From: Mobula hypostoma
Taxonomy: Eukaryota
Assembly: GCF_963921235.1 (NCBI RefSeq)
Contig: NC_086109.1
Location: 20,400,001-20,464,000, forward strand
Reading direction: 5' to 3'
DNA length: 64,000 nt
Made by a program: the position numbers and the translations under genes. The notes below the pieces were generated by a model, which was given only the letters and a program-made list of their open reading frames with translations, ran no database searches and was not told the origin of the DNA. Shown here in pieces: positions 1-12,353 of this stretch. How positions within the stretch are numbered: the stretch's first letter is position 1; each line of letters begins with the position of its first letter.

Positions 1-530
1 GTTGTGAAATGTATTGTTTTGCAGGAGCAGTACAGTGCAATATATAAAAAATTTCCTCAAGTTGGAGTATGAAATATAATAAATGGATGGATAGATAGAT
101 TTTAAAAAGTAATGCAAAAAGCAGCAGAATAGTGAAGTAGTGTTCATGGGTTCAAAGGCTTTTCAGAGACTTGATGGCGGAGGAGAGGAAACGTTGAGTA
201 TTTGCTGAGTAAAATGTTGAGTATTTATCTTCAGCCTGCCCCCAATGGTAGCAATGAGAAAAGGGCATCGAGGATGATAATTGTCCTTAATGATGGATGT
301 CGCCTTCTTGAGGCATTGTCTGTTGAAGAAGTCCTCGATGGTGAGGACACTGGAACCCATAATGGAGCTGGCTGAAGTTACAGCTGCCTGCAGTTTTTTT
401 CCAAACCTGTGCGTTGGTGCCTCCATATCGGACGGTGATGCGACCAGTCAGAATACTCCCCACGGTAGAACTATAGAAATTTGCTAGAGTCTTTGGTGAC
501 GATCCAAGTCTCCTTGAATTCCTAATGAAA
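1..530 (-). mobile_element. Rex1/Babar-type LINE 3' fragment
   Basis: Minus-strand KKLQAAVTSASSIMG...CLKKATSIIKDNYHP is typical of the Rex1 RT C-terminus. The same motif recurs throughout the window. Confidence 0.7.
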
Positions 531-1187
531 TATAGCTAACTAACGAAATTCAACCTACTTATCTCTTCCTCACCAGTTTACCTGTGGCAGACACAACTAA
601 CCATAATAGGGTTGACTGAAATGTTTGGAGTTTAGATGATGGGACTATTGCAAAGGAATTGAAGATCAGAAATAGGGATATGTTACAATTGTACGCTATG
701 TAAGTGTCATAATGGGGGCGTTGAGAGTGGACCAAAATGCAAGACACAGACACTGAAGTACTAGGAACAGGGCTAGGAATAGAGTTAAGGACATGACACG
801 ACACAGACTTGGGCTAGGACTTGGCTAGGAAAGCGGGACCCGGACGAGGAACTAGGAACTAGGAGCCTGTGCTTGGACTCCCAGCCAGAGACTGGACAAG
901 GACCCAGAACCTGGGTCTTGACTTGGGCTCGGACTCCAGATCTAGGCGAAGACAAGACATGGCTACAGGACTGGACGTGGAACTCCTGCACAGCCTTGGC
1001 TTGGACTAGATGAGGCACATGGACATGGCTTGGACTAGACGAGGTACCCCTGGGCTGGGCGAGGCACAAGGACAGGATGAGACCCCAAAGCCTTGACTTG
1101 GTCTTGGGAGACAGGAACGCAGAACACAGAGCCAGGATCCCTCCTTGGGAACAGGACATAGGACCGGGACTTATACACAGAGCACAA

Positions 1188-1392
1188 AGAGACAGTTTCC
1201 AACACAAGGTAGTGGCAAACAGCCAGACCTACCTAGCAAAGGCGTGGACAGAGACGGTTCCCAACACAAGGTAGCGGCAAACAGTCGGACCTACCTAGCA
1301 AAGGCATGGACACAGTGACCGTTCCCAACACAAGGTAACAGCAAACAGCCAGACCTACCTAACAAAGGCATGGACACAGAGACAGTTCCAAA
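1188..1392. repeat. ~63-bp tandem repeat (about 3 copies) inside the solo LTR
   Basis: Unit gttcccaacacaaggtagYggcaaacagccagacctacctagcaaaggcRtggacacagagac repeated. Confidence 0.85.
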
Positions 1393-2279
1393 CAACGATA
1401 GGCAGTTCCTTATCTAGACACAGCAAGGTTCCAGTCTTGCTTCAGCAGTAGAACTTGACAGCGATACAGGCAAGGTTGCAGGCAAGTCTTCAGGCCAAGG
1501 CTTCAGGCAGAGGTTGCAGGCAAGGTTTCAGGTAAGAAAGTGAAGGAAACAGTCCAGCCACTGAAGCTTATTCTTTTTCTTCTTTGTTTTATGGCTGTTG
1601 GCAACTAGTTTTTCAGTGCATTACCGCTACCTGCTAGACTTGTGTTCCAACCAAATATGTCCTGAAGTTCTCTACTTTAGACAATCTAGTTCAGCCTGCA
1701 GTTCTCTATTAGCATCACTCTGTAGTTGCAATTCCTCGTGAATGCTTAAGGCACTCAGTAGATAATGCCACAAACTGCTATTCTTCCCTAATTTTGTCAC
1801 ATGTTTTCATGTAGTTGCATTACCTCAATTACATTGATTTCATCTACATCACTTGTAATTCTAAAATCGTCTTGTTAAAGAATAGTAGTTATCGTAAGTT
1901 ATACTTTTGAAATTGCTGTTTTACCAAGTCTATCTGCTTTTTCCGGTTTTCCTTTTCTTGGATCATAGCCTGCAGTTGTTTACTGAGACCTTGAAGTTCT
2001 TCTTCATTTGCTTCCATGTTTTCATTTTATAATCTGAATGTAGATAATTTACTTTGCAACAAATTCCTTTTCCTTTTGTATCCTTGTAATAATTTCCTCC
2101 ATTTTCCAATCTCTTTTCCAACTCACAGTTGTTCTTGTCCGGTACTTCTATTTGTTGTTGGAGTTCTGCACATTTACCCTGGGCTTCAACCATAAAATCT
2201 GAGGATTTTCCTTAAGTTCTGAAACATATTTCTTAAATTCTTGACCATTTGCGATAAATATACTGCCATTAAGATTCCA

Positions 2280-3444
2280 TCTCCCCGCCTGTGAACTGTT
2301 GGATCCTCCATTCAGCATTTCTTTGACTTCTTCCACCTAATACCTTTAATACCAAGATACTTTTCTGCAGACTTGACTATAATATTAATTTTTTCAGTTC
2401 ATTTGCTTGTTTGCACTGAACAATTCATTGCATCCACCATAAAAAGTACAAAACCCTTTCTACTCATTAATAGTGTATCCTTATTTTTCATATTACAGCC
2501 CTCACAATTCACCACTTTATTATTCCCTGTATTTGTTTGCTTGACAGCCTTTCTTTCAGTGAATTCTTTCACTGCCTCTGCATAACTGATTCCTTGAGTT
2601 ACTTTTACATATTGTATCTCAGCCACCTTCTTGCTATAAATGCACCCTCGATAAGCTGCCTGTGTTCCTCGCCACATTTGCTGCATTTCAGCCTAGCTCC
2701 CGCTTCACATTTCCCATATTCGTGTTCTCTAGTGCATCTCCCACATCTTTGTTTTCCTCTGCAGACCGCCGCAATGTGCCCAAATTTCTGACATTTATAG
2801 CATCTTAAAGGCAGTGGGATATATATTCTAACCACATAACACATATGCCCTAAGTACATGTTAGTCAGCAATCTTTCTTCATTAAAGTTAATCATTACCA
2901 ATAAACTATCAACTTTTTCCCCATTTCTTGTAACTTTCAAACATTTGGCCTCAATAGTTTTTACTCCTTTTATGTTCTGTTTAATCTCATCCATAGTAAC
3001 TTTTGTTGGCATCCCCAAAATAACACCTCTAGTCCACTTTCTATTGTTGGATATTGAGCATTGTACTTCTTTGCCATCTATTTCACTTAATCTTATCACT
3101 TTGCCTTGCTGAGCACTATGCCAACAAATCACTAATAGCAATCCATTTCATAAAATCTTTACTCTTTTAATCTCACCTATAATTTTGTTGAGCATCTTCA
3201 TCAAACAAATCAGGTGCCCCATCTTCACTTAGTTTTATAATTGCTTTAATCTCATCTTCTTTCCATTACTTTGCTGTCCTGTTTTGATCATCCACTGACT
3301 CCTCATTGATATCCCATACCTCTGCTTTCTTTTCTTTTTTCCATTCCATTCCTCTTTCCCACCAACCTCCATCTCTAGTTCACTTCCACCGTCACCAAAA
3401 ACTTCCTTCAACAGCTTAGCTCTTTCCTTGACTCATTCACTCAT
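2280..3444 (-). pseudogene. Degraded ORF1 (gag-like, three CCHC knuckles) of the Nimb-type element
   Basis: PLRCYKCQKFGHIAAVCRGKQRCGRCTREHEYGKC...KCSKCGEEH. Stops and frameshifts split it across ORFs 2605-3141 and 2399-2686. Confidence 0.85.
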
Positions 3445-3465
3445 ATATATTCTCTCTCTCTCTCT

Positions 3466-3531
3466 CCCATCCTCCCATCCTCCCATTTTCCCATTTTCCC
3501 ATTTTCCCATTTTCCCATTTTCCCATTTTCC
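3466..3531. repeat. (CCCATTTT)n tandem repeat in the Nimb 5' UTR
   Basis: Directly visible repeat, adjacent to a TA/TC microsatellite. Confidence 0.9.
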
Positions 3532-3731
3532 AGTGAGCTCCACAATCGACCAACCTCAGCCACTGAAGCTGAACCAAGGAGCTATTTATGTAGCCAGCCC
3601 AAAACGTGAATCAGCTGCCTCAATCAGAGCACCCAACAGAACAAGGGAAAACCAGAAAACCTGGATTAAGGAACGATGGACCAGACTGTGAACCGGAATG
3701 CGGATTTCACGGACTGGACCATGACAGTAAG

Positions 3732-4262
3732 TGAAGCTGCATGTTGAGTATGGCCACTCTTATGTTAAAAAAGGACATAGCATGGAGGCAGTCCATAAGA
3801 GATTCACAAGGTTAATTCCTGGGTTAGGAGGTTGAGAGGATATCAATTATTGTTAAACAGTTTGGATCTGTATTCTTTGGACTTTAGAAGAAAAAGGGGA
3901 GATCTTATTGAGATATATAAGATCCCAAGGGGCATGACAGGGTGGATATTGAGATGGTTTTATTACTGGAAAGGTTCTGATTAAGGGGACATTGTCACAA
4001 GATAAAGGACCAGTCATTTTAAATGGAGGTGCATAAAATTTTCTCTTCTCAAAGTATGGTAAACATATGGAATTTTCTTCTCCAGCCAGCTGTTAAGACC
4101 AGATTAGTAGGAGTATTCAAGGTGGAAGTGGTTTGGTCAATTGAAGGCTATGGGTAACTGGAAGAGAGGAGAAAATGAGCCCATTATAGATCAGTCATGA
4201 CCATATTCAATGGTAGGGCAGGCTTGAAGGGCCAGGAGGACTACTGCTCCTATTTTCTTATA
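3732..4262 (+). mobile_element. Old CR1 LINE 3' fragment (continues from ~645-699)
   Basis: Degraded CR1 motifs (agattcacaaggttaattcctggg; tttagaagaaaaaggggagatcttattga) and CR1 3' UTR. Confidence 0.75.
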
Positions 4263-4619
4263 TATTCTTGTGGGAACAAATAACCATTTTCATACTGGGG
4301 ACAGTCTCCATTATGTTTTGTAGCAGGTTCAAGAACAACGACTTTTCAACCATTCAGTTTCTTGAACCCACCTGCACAATCCTAATCATGACCACAGTAT
4401 AGCAACTCTATGATTCTTTTGCACTACAATGGACTTCTTTTTATTAGCTCCAATTGTGTTCTTTCTTGTACAAAATTGCATATAATTTATGTATAATTTA
4501 TGCTTTTCTTGTGAATGCTGCTTATATGAAGCTATGTGTCTATGATGCTGCTGCAAGTAAGGTTTTCACTGCACTTGTACTTACTGATATGTCAATATAC
4601 TCAAAGTTCAAAGTAAATT

Positions 4620-4825
4620 TCTACTTTTACAAGGCACAAGTCAAAAGTGTGATGGAACACTCTCCACTTGTCTGGCTGAACACAGCTTCACCAACATTCA
4701 ATAAGTGTGATACCAGCCAGAGAAAAGGAGCTCACATGACTGGTATTCTCCGCATTACACTAAATATTTATTCTCTTAACATAATGACTATAGCGAGTAG
4801 CATCTTCAAAATGCACTGCAGTTAC
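4620..4825 (+). mobile_element. Old LINE RT C-terminal fragment (CR1/L2-group); related pieces near 8000-8240 and 61390-61840
   Basis: YKAQVKSVMEHSPLVW...CDTSQRK resembles the YKAQVRSVMEYSPLAW LINE motif. Confidence 0.55.
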
Positions 4826-5717
4826 TCAAGTTCAAGTTTACTGTCATCAGACTGCACATGTACACAACCAAACAAAACAACGTTCCTCTGGACCACAGTG
4901 CACCCACAAAGCATATATCATACACAGCACATGAAACAAAATACTACCACAAGTAAGTGGATAAATATTATTCAAAATGCATGTGGTGCGCAGTGCAGGT
5001 AAACAATAAATAGTACAGTCAACAGTAAACAGCTCACAGACCTAGTGACGAGATCTTGGTGATGGCAAGGTTTTTATTAGCCTTACGGCCTGAGGGAAGA
5101 AGCTGCTACCCAAATCTGGCAGTCCTAGTCCTGCTGCTCCTGCACCGGTAGTGGGTCAAAGAGCACCTTCCAAATGCGCGGACTTTTACCGCCAAGCAGG
5201 ATAAGGACATCAGGTGGCCTAACCAGTGATGCCCAGATCCACTGAAAATAATAGCTGTAACGGTCATCTGGCGATTTGACATCGACGTGCTTCCAGATTC
5301 CTTTTGGAGGAAAAGAGGCCTCATTAGGTGGAAAGTGTTGAATTTTAGTGCAAAATTATTTTTCTCATAGTTTAACTTTTCCTTAGCATGCTTGTATTTT
5401 TATATAATCACCTACATGTGTGTAATTGTCCAGCGAATTTTCAGTAATTGTACTTTAGCTGATTCTTTATTTTTCTAGAAGCTCCTTAGCTTTTCTGCAG
5501 CAGGTGTCTCACACCATTTCATGGGTTATTTGTTGTCACAGAATATCTTGATATCTTTCTAGTTTGAGATAGTTTGTAGCATAAAATTACCAAGAATTTT
5601 CTTCCTTTTTCTTTGTTCTCCTCTTTAGCCACCAAATCAAACTAAAACAATTGCGGCTGGCAGCAACCTTCTGGATTTGTTACACTTGCATGACGTGCCC
5701 CACTCCAAAATGATTGC

Positions 5718-5805
5718 AACACACAGAAAACACTGGAGGAACTCAGCAGGCCAGGCAGCATCTATGGTAAAGAGTACAGTGGACGTTTCAGGCCGAGACC
5801 CTTCT
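5718..5805 (-). mobile_element. Penelope-like element fragment
   Basis: ctggaggaactcagcaggccaggcagcatct motif plus a truncated hammerhead core. 14-bp TSD TCCAAAATGATTGC (5704-5717, 5806-5819). Confidence 0.75.
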
Positions 5806-6608
5806 TCCAAAATGATTGCTCCAAAAGTCAGGGATGTGCATTCGATCCTTTATTAGCAATTAGCAAACATACAATCTTGGAGCAATGAACAAAGCAAAAT
5901 GATATAACTTATTCCCTTTGCTTTTGCCATACCCCCGCTCATGTGACTAGTTACCATAATAAATGCGCAACACGGGATAGAAAGCAGATCGAGAACAGAT
6001 TCTGGCTCTTACACCCTCCTTTGCGTTCTCTTTCTCTTTGCAGTAAAGCACTACTGCATCACCACCTTCCAAATGCACAAATTTATTACTAAGGTGCTAA
6101 ATTACCACATCAGGTGTCCTTGCCAGTGATGTCCAGGTCCACTGAAAATTAATCAGTCAATAGTCAATAATATGTTGCTGCTATTTTTTTTAATTGTTAA
6201 GTACTCCTAATAAAACAGCTATAATTAGATTTGTGCATCATTCTTGACTTCTGAAGAACCTCTCATCACCAGGATCCAACGGAAAGTCAAAATAAATTCA
6301 GCTCAGGGACAAGTGTTTCGTAATGGTGACAACAAGGGAGGGTGTCATGAGAGCTTGATTACTCCCTTAGCCTCTCAATCAGACAGAGAAGTAAAGCTTG
6401 TTTATTGAACAAAAATGCAAACACATCCACATCGATGGAGAGGCTTATAACGACACAAACAGTAATAAACACAGATGCACATCAATGTCAACACAAGGAC
6501 ACAAATAAATCCAGTGGGCTCAGGCCCACACCCAGAGCTCCCTCGATATCACCCATCTTCCCCTCGCCCCCCAACCCCTCCCTCTCCTCTCCTCAAAACA
6601 TTGGGGTC

Positions 6609-7553
6609 ACCATTGATTTTTATTAACGACCTGGATGTAGGGGTAGAAGGGTGGGTTGGCAAGTTTGCAGATGACACAAAGGTTGGTGGTGTTGTAGATA
6701 GTGTAGAGGATTGTCAAAGATTGCAGAGAGACATTGATAGGATGCAGAAGTGGGCTGAGAAGTGGCAGATGGAGTGCAACCCGGAGAAGTGTGAGGTGGT
6801 ACATTTTGGAGGGACAAACTCCAAGGCAGAGTACAAAGTAAATGGCAGGATACTTGGTAGTGTGGAGGAGCAGAGGGATCTCGGGGTACATGTCCACAGA
6901 TCCCTGAAAGTGCCTCACAGGTGGATAGGGTAGTTAAGAAAGCTTATGGGGTGTTAGCTTTCATAAGTCGAGGGATAGAGTTTAAGAGTCGTGATGTAAT
7001 GATGCAGCTCTATAAAACTCTGGTTAGGCCACACTTGGAGTACTATGTCCAGTTCTGGTCACCTCACTATAGGAAGGATGTGGAAGCATTGGAAAGGGTA
7101 CAGAGGAGGTTTACCAGGATGCTGCCTGGCTCAGAAAGTATGCATTATGATCAGAGATTAAGGGAGCTAGGGCTTTACTCTTTGGAGAGAAGGAGGATGA
7201 GAGGAGACATGATAGAGGTGTACAAGATAATACGAGGAATAGATAGAGTGGACAGCCAGCGCCTCTTCCCCAGGGCACCACTGCTCAATACAAGAGGACA
7301 TGGCTTTAAGGTAAGGGGTGGGAAGTTCAAGGGGGATATTAGAGGAAGGTTTTTTACTCAGAGAGTGGTTGGTGCATGGAATGCACTGCCTGAGTCAGTG
7401 GTGGAGGCAGATACACTTGTGAAGTTTAAGAGACTACTAGATAGGTATATGGAGGAATCTAAGGTCGGGGCTTATATGGGAGGCAGTGTTTGAGGGTCGG
7501 CACAACATTATGGGCCGAGGGGCCTGTACTGTGCTGTACTATTCTATGTTCTA
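6609..7553 (+). mobile_element. Young CR1 LINE, 5'-truncated
   Basis: IFINDLD...KFADDTK RT motif and LYKTLVRPHLEYYVQFWSPHYRKD. One frameshift near 6913. CR1 3' UTR ends in TTCTATGTTCTA. Confidence 0.95.
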
Positions 7554-7704
7554 TTATCTAAGCTTGACAATTGAGATGGTGGTTTCAAGTGAAGATCAGC
7601 AGAGGATGCTCTATAACGAATGACTCATACCTATTCCCAGAAACCTGACCACATTCTAACATTTTTAATAGTTTGAGCTAGAAATGATCTAAAGAAAAAT
7701 TTGA

Positions 7705-7955
7705 CTTTACTTGTTACGTGTGTGTCATAACATACAGTGAGAATGCGTCATTTGTGTCAATGACCAACACATTCGGGGGACTTGCTGAGGGCAGCCCACC
7801 AGTGTTGCCATGTTTCTGGTGCCAACATAGTATGCCCACAATTCACTAACCCTAACCCATGCCTTATTGGAACGTGGGAGGAAAGCGGAGCATCTGGAGC
7901 AAAGCCACAGAGTCACGGAAAGATTGTACAAACTCTTTATTGACAGCAGTGGAAC
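7705..7955 (-). mobile_element. V-SINE-like tRNA-derived SINE; other copies ~15905-16135, 35665-35960, 48000-48270, 59175-59375(+), 62362-62678
   Basis: Shared core tgtgggaggaaaccggagcacccggaggaaacccacgcggtcac...gtacaaactccttacagacagc...ggaattgaacc. Confidence 0.75.
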
Positions 7956-8269
7956 TCTCCACTTCTCTCCACAACTCCAAATGCAATCAAGAGACTCAAC
8001 ATCTTCTCGGAAAAAGCAACTTGTTAATTAATATGGCAACTGTCATCTCACGTACTCTCTACCACTGCACAGCCAGGCTGCATGTTGCACTGTGCAGAAA
8101 ATGCATTGTTGCAATTCATTAGCGTTTCTTAGGCTGCTCCTCCTAAACCTGCAGCTTCAATCATCAGATAGCGGTCTGAGAAAATCTAACCTCAACTGCC
8201 TTCCTTTCCTAGTCACATACCAACCTAAGTTAGAACGATAGAGTGTTTTCATCATGGATCTAAATGCTC

Positions 8270-8691
8270 TTCTCCGTGGATTGTCACCTTGTCGTGGTGG
8301 AGATGCTTGTGTGGTCCTGTGATCCCGAGAGCAATACTGTCTGGAGCTATGCTCCTGGTAGACTCACCCATGGTGGTAAGGTCGAGGGTGAGGTCCCTGA
8401 CAAAGAACAATCCAACCAAGACCTCAACGGCGGAACAGGCGGACGAAGTTAACTTCAAACTCAACGGCGGTGAAGGCGGATGAAGGCTGCAACAAATCCA
8501 TCAGCTCCAGTCGTCATGGTTTCCATGCCATTGGAATCAGTTGGTTGACTTGTGAAGTATCGTGTGCTTCTTAGAGTGCAACATCAATTACACGTTAAAC
8601 AAATACACGCACAGGCATCTTGCTCTGTGGGCCACTTCTTCAGAACGAAGACCATCATCCTCGACCTCAAGGGATAGTCACGATGACGACG
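8270..8691 (+). mobile_element. RTE-derived non-autonomous element (SINE-like)
   Basis: 5' end caccttgtcgtggtgg... resembles RTE (Expander/BovB) 5' ends. (GAY)n tail. 8-bp TSD AAATGCTC (8262-8269, 8692-8699). Confidence 0.7.
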
Positions 8692-9064
8692 AAATGCTCA
8701 AACACCTGCCTCTAACAAACAACATTATGTGAGCCACAGGAACTACAAATTCAAGAAGGTGGCTCTTTACCACCCAGGTATATTTGGTATTTTAATGATG
8801 GACAAATAAAGCTGTCCTTGCCATTAATGTCCTCATTCCATGAGATGAACTGGAAACTGGAAATAATTGTCATCTGCCAAGACCTATGCTCAGGTCATGT
8901 GGCGCATGACCAGTTCAATGCACCCCAGTCACCAGTCATTGCTTCATATCTAAATAATTAGAACACTTGGATGAGATGATGTTGGCTTTTCCTTCCGTTT
9001 ATTCCCATTTCCCATGAAGGCACTGACTCGTGCTGCAGTTTGATTCTGCAGTCGTCCTCTAAAA

Positions 9065-9144
9065 CAGGGGGTCCAAGCCTTTATTATGTCATGGACCCCT
9101 ACCATTGACCGAGGGGTCCTTGGACCCCAGATTGGGAATACCTG
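9065..9144. mobile_element. hAT-type MITE (80 bp)
   Basis: Degenerate TIRs CAGGGGGTCCAA...TTGGGAATACCTG with 8-bp TSD-like flanks CTCTAAAA / TTCTAAAG (Charlie-like NTCTAGAN). Confidence 0.7.
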
Positions 9145-12100
9145 TTCTAAAGCTTCACCTTAGATGATTCCTTTAGCCACAAATCTTGTCTGGCAATGGG
9201 AACACAGTCCCATTCTACTTTCAGTCTCTGCCATCTGCCCACCCTGACATTAACCAGCATTTAGATATCACCTTTGTTGGAGTACGATATCTGAAGGCAC
9301 TATCAAATGAAGGTCGACTCAAAGCTATATTAGGAGATGTTAGAACAGGTAATCAAAAGCTTGACCAAAGAGTTAGACCTTAAGGGACTTAATAAAGGAG
9401 GAAGCAGAGTTAGAGAAGCAATGAACATGAATAGGGCTTATTGGATAATGGTTTAGAGTGGTTATCATTTCAATTCAGTAACCTAGAGTTAGCCAGCATC
9501 AATAAACGAACAAGAGTTAAGTCAGAAACAGTATTGGATAAGGGGACCTGTGATAAAGTTCCACGATAATCAATGTGAATGATGGAACGGATTCAAAGGT
9601 TGTAGCAAGCCACAGAAAAGTCTGAAAGGAAATTTGTCATGACGAAAAAAGATTATATGGGAGAGTACTAGTGCCAGGTTGTTGCTGAGTTTTTCCCTGG
9701 AGTATCTGCTTTCACACTTCAGCTAAGCTGCGAACTCAATTCCTCCTGGCTGCCCGTGCCAAACATCATTTTTGCACTTGGGATGGTACTGAATGAAACC
9801 AAATATCCCAATCCTTATCCTCTGTTACAGGCCTAACAAAATGTGGATACACTTTGGAATATATCACTCAATTTTGATTCTGAATTGGCCCCCAAAAATA
9901 ATGCAGCAACTCCCAAGACCTGTTCGGGTAACCTGATCCACAATGTCACATGGTATTGCTAATGGTTAGGCTCCAAAACAAATCATTATGTGACTCATGA
10001 AATTGTACTTAAGAAGTAAACTCTCCAGCTAAATGATTCAAGTTACATCCATGAAGATCCAATTTGTTCAAATAAATACCATTTTATGAAATGTGGGGCA
10101 AGTTCCAATTTATTGGTGGAGATTAACACCGTGTGTAGATTAAATAATTGATGCGAAAATCTAAAGGGGTTTTTCACATAGTGAGAATGGACAAGGTTTA
10201 ATTGGCCATTAAACTTTATGAATAAGAAAGCAACAGTGTTACAGAAAAATAGCAGTCTTGAAACATTAGATCAGTGGCTTTCTTTTCTAAGACCTACTGA
10301 AAATGAAAGCGACTAAGATTCCAGTAGTACTTTTCATAATCATAAGATGTACAAAGCTGCTGTAATCAGTTAAATGAGCAAATTTATCACTTTATAATAT
10401 CTTACAGCAACTGACCTCTCAAAGCATTTCACAATTTATATGTTTCAATAAGGTCACTTTTCATTCACTTAGTATAAGCTAGTATAACTCCTCATGGAAT
10501 TCAATCCTGCCCATTCCCCTTGCAGTACCACCAACCCGCATCTCCGAAGTCAAACATTTACACAGCACTCTGAGGGAAATACACCTTTTCTTAGATATGA
10601 TGATAAAAACTGAACGCAACATTTCAAGAAAATTCTATGTAACTGCAGCAAAACTTACCACATGTTGCTTCAAAGTTCAAAGTTCAAATTAAATTTTCTA
10701 CAGCACACAGAAAGTTGCCAATGCCACCTTGTTTCATTTGAGAATTAGAAATTGTAAACACTGTATGTTCACTATTTCCAATTCTCATATGAAACAATGA
10801 TGGCACTCAGGAAACTTGTTAAGGTTGAAAGGCCATCTTGAAATATACAGGAATACATCCAACCAGAGTCAATTGTTCCTCTCCATGCCTTGTGGCACAT
10901 CAGGTGGCAATCTTTGCCGCTTCCTTGGCCTTTGTTATTTTTACGAGGCCGAGTTGCTAGCTTGACGCTCTACCCAGTACGGATGGAAAGCGTGTAGGGA
11001 GCCGGTGTGTAGGGATTCCCAGGACTGGTGCGAATACCACAACACTACCGGCTGGCTTTACCATATTGCTATACTCCTTTTTACAAGAGCACACAATCTT
11101 AAATGAGGTTTTTAACTTATTTGTTTTTAAATTTTGCCCCATGATTAATTGAGATTTTGTGGAGCGGTAAATGCTTTGCCCTCATTTTAGATAGCCTGTC
11201 CCGGCAGATTCATTGTAGCTTTTACAGAGAACAAATTCTGTTTCTGTGAGAGGTCCTTATAACTTGTTGATACATGCAAATCTTTTGTTATAAGAGTGAT
11301 TAGTGATGATGCAATGGAAAAGTTTTAATTCTTTTCTAAGTAATATCAAAACTCTAATCAAAATCAGTTTTCCTCTCAGAATCTTGAACTTAGATATATA
11401 CACCCACTCCGCTGATTTGTCTGCTGACACTTCCAAGCTGTAATAACTCTTATAAACTCCCCAGTTCCAGACTGTGTATGTTTTAAATGCTTAAGTTACT
11501 AAACAAGTGATGGCCGTGCCAAATACAGAAATGAAGAGGTGGCTCTCTTGAAAACGCCTGTAAAATCCTGTAAGAAAATGAATCTCAAGGTAGTATATGG
11601 CAAAATTTACAGTCCTTGATAATGAATTTACTGTGACTCTGACTTGGATTTTGGCTTCCTGGTTTGCCCATATTTGCAGCTTGGACGAAGCCCAAGTTAA
11701 CAATCATTCCTTTGGTCACTGTTGTAATGTGGCTCCCAACTCAAAAGTGTGTCACATTTTAAATTCTCCTTCCAGGTCTACAAATTCTTTAGAATTTTTT
11801 TTTTCCCTTTCCCATTTTATTTCAACTTCTCTGCCTCTACAAGCCTTGTTGAAACACGGTAAATTGGGGAGCAGCTATGGAGGGGAATAAAGAGTTAATG
11901 TTTTGGGCCAAGACCTTTCATTAGGATTTCCTTAGATTCATAGGACTTCCCCTTCATAGATGCTGCCTGACCTGCTAAGTTCCTCCAGCATTCTGGGTGT
12001 GTGTTGCTCTTGATTTCCAGCATCAGCAGAATCTCTTGTGGATCTCTGCATTCTGACAAAAATGCCTGATTGCCTCCCAGCTATCGCTCTGTCACTCTAC

Positions 12101-12353
12101 TGTCCATTAAATCTTCTTAAAACTCAACAAATTCTCTCACTTGTCCTGACATTTCACGATATATTTTGGAGTTAAGTTTCTGTCTGATAATGAAGCATAC
12201 TTTGGAATTTTGTATTGCAAGAAAGACTCTTTGTTGATTTTACAGGAAGTGTCAGTCTGACTCTTCAGCCTAAACCCAACTCACCATTCCCTGTTTATTG
12301 GATTCCTAGACTTAGTGGTTTACAACAATAGAAGAAATTGGAGAATCCCATTT

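Larger units (their letters stand above)
1569..3556 (-). mobile_element. Internally deleted I/Nimb-clade non-LTR retrotransposon
   Basis: 14-bp TSD CAGCCACTGAAGCT (1555-1568, 3557-3570). Zinc-knuckle ORF1 and the start of an APE domain (IANGQEFKKYVSELKENP..WLKP). 3' end ggtagcggtaatgcac...ttgccaacagccataaaac plus a GAA-rich tail, as recalled for fish Nimb elements. Confidence 0.85.
705..3726. mobile_element. Solo LTR (~1.02 kb net), interrupted by a Nimb-type LINE
   Basis: Inverted termini TGTCAT...ATGACA. 5-bp TSD GTAAG at 700-704 and 3727-3731. The flanks rejoin as CR1 RT sequence. Confidence 0.85.

Noticed and set aside
1188..1392. Regularly spaced repeats resembling a CRISPR array
   Set aside because: Whole units repeat with no unique spacers; it is a tandem repeat within a eukaryotic LTR.
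4454..5002. 182-aa ORF as a host gene
   Set aside because: Chance frame across adjacent Rex1 tail, old LINE RT fragment and another repeat.
6343..7568. Solo LTR (TGTCATG...TTGACA) interrupted by CR1
   Set aside because: Flanking 5-mers do not match (GAGGG vs ATTGA), so the boundaries are unsupported.
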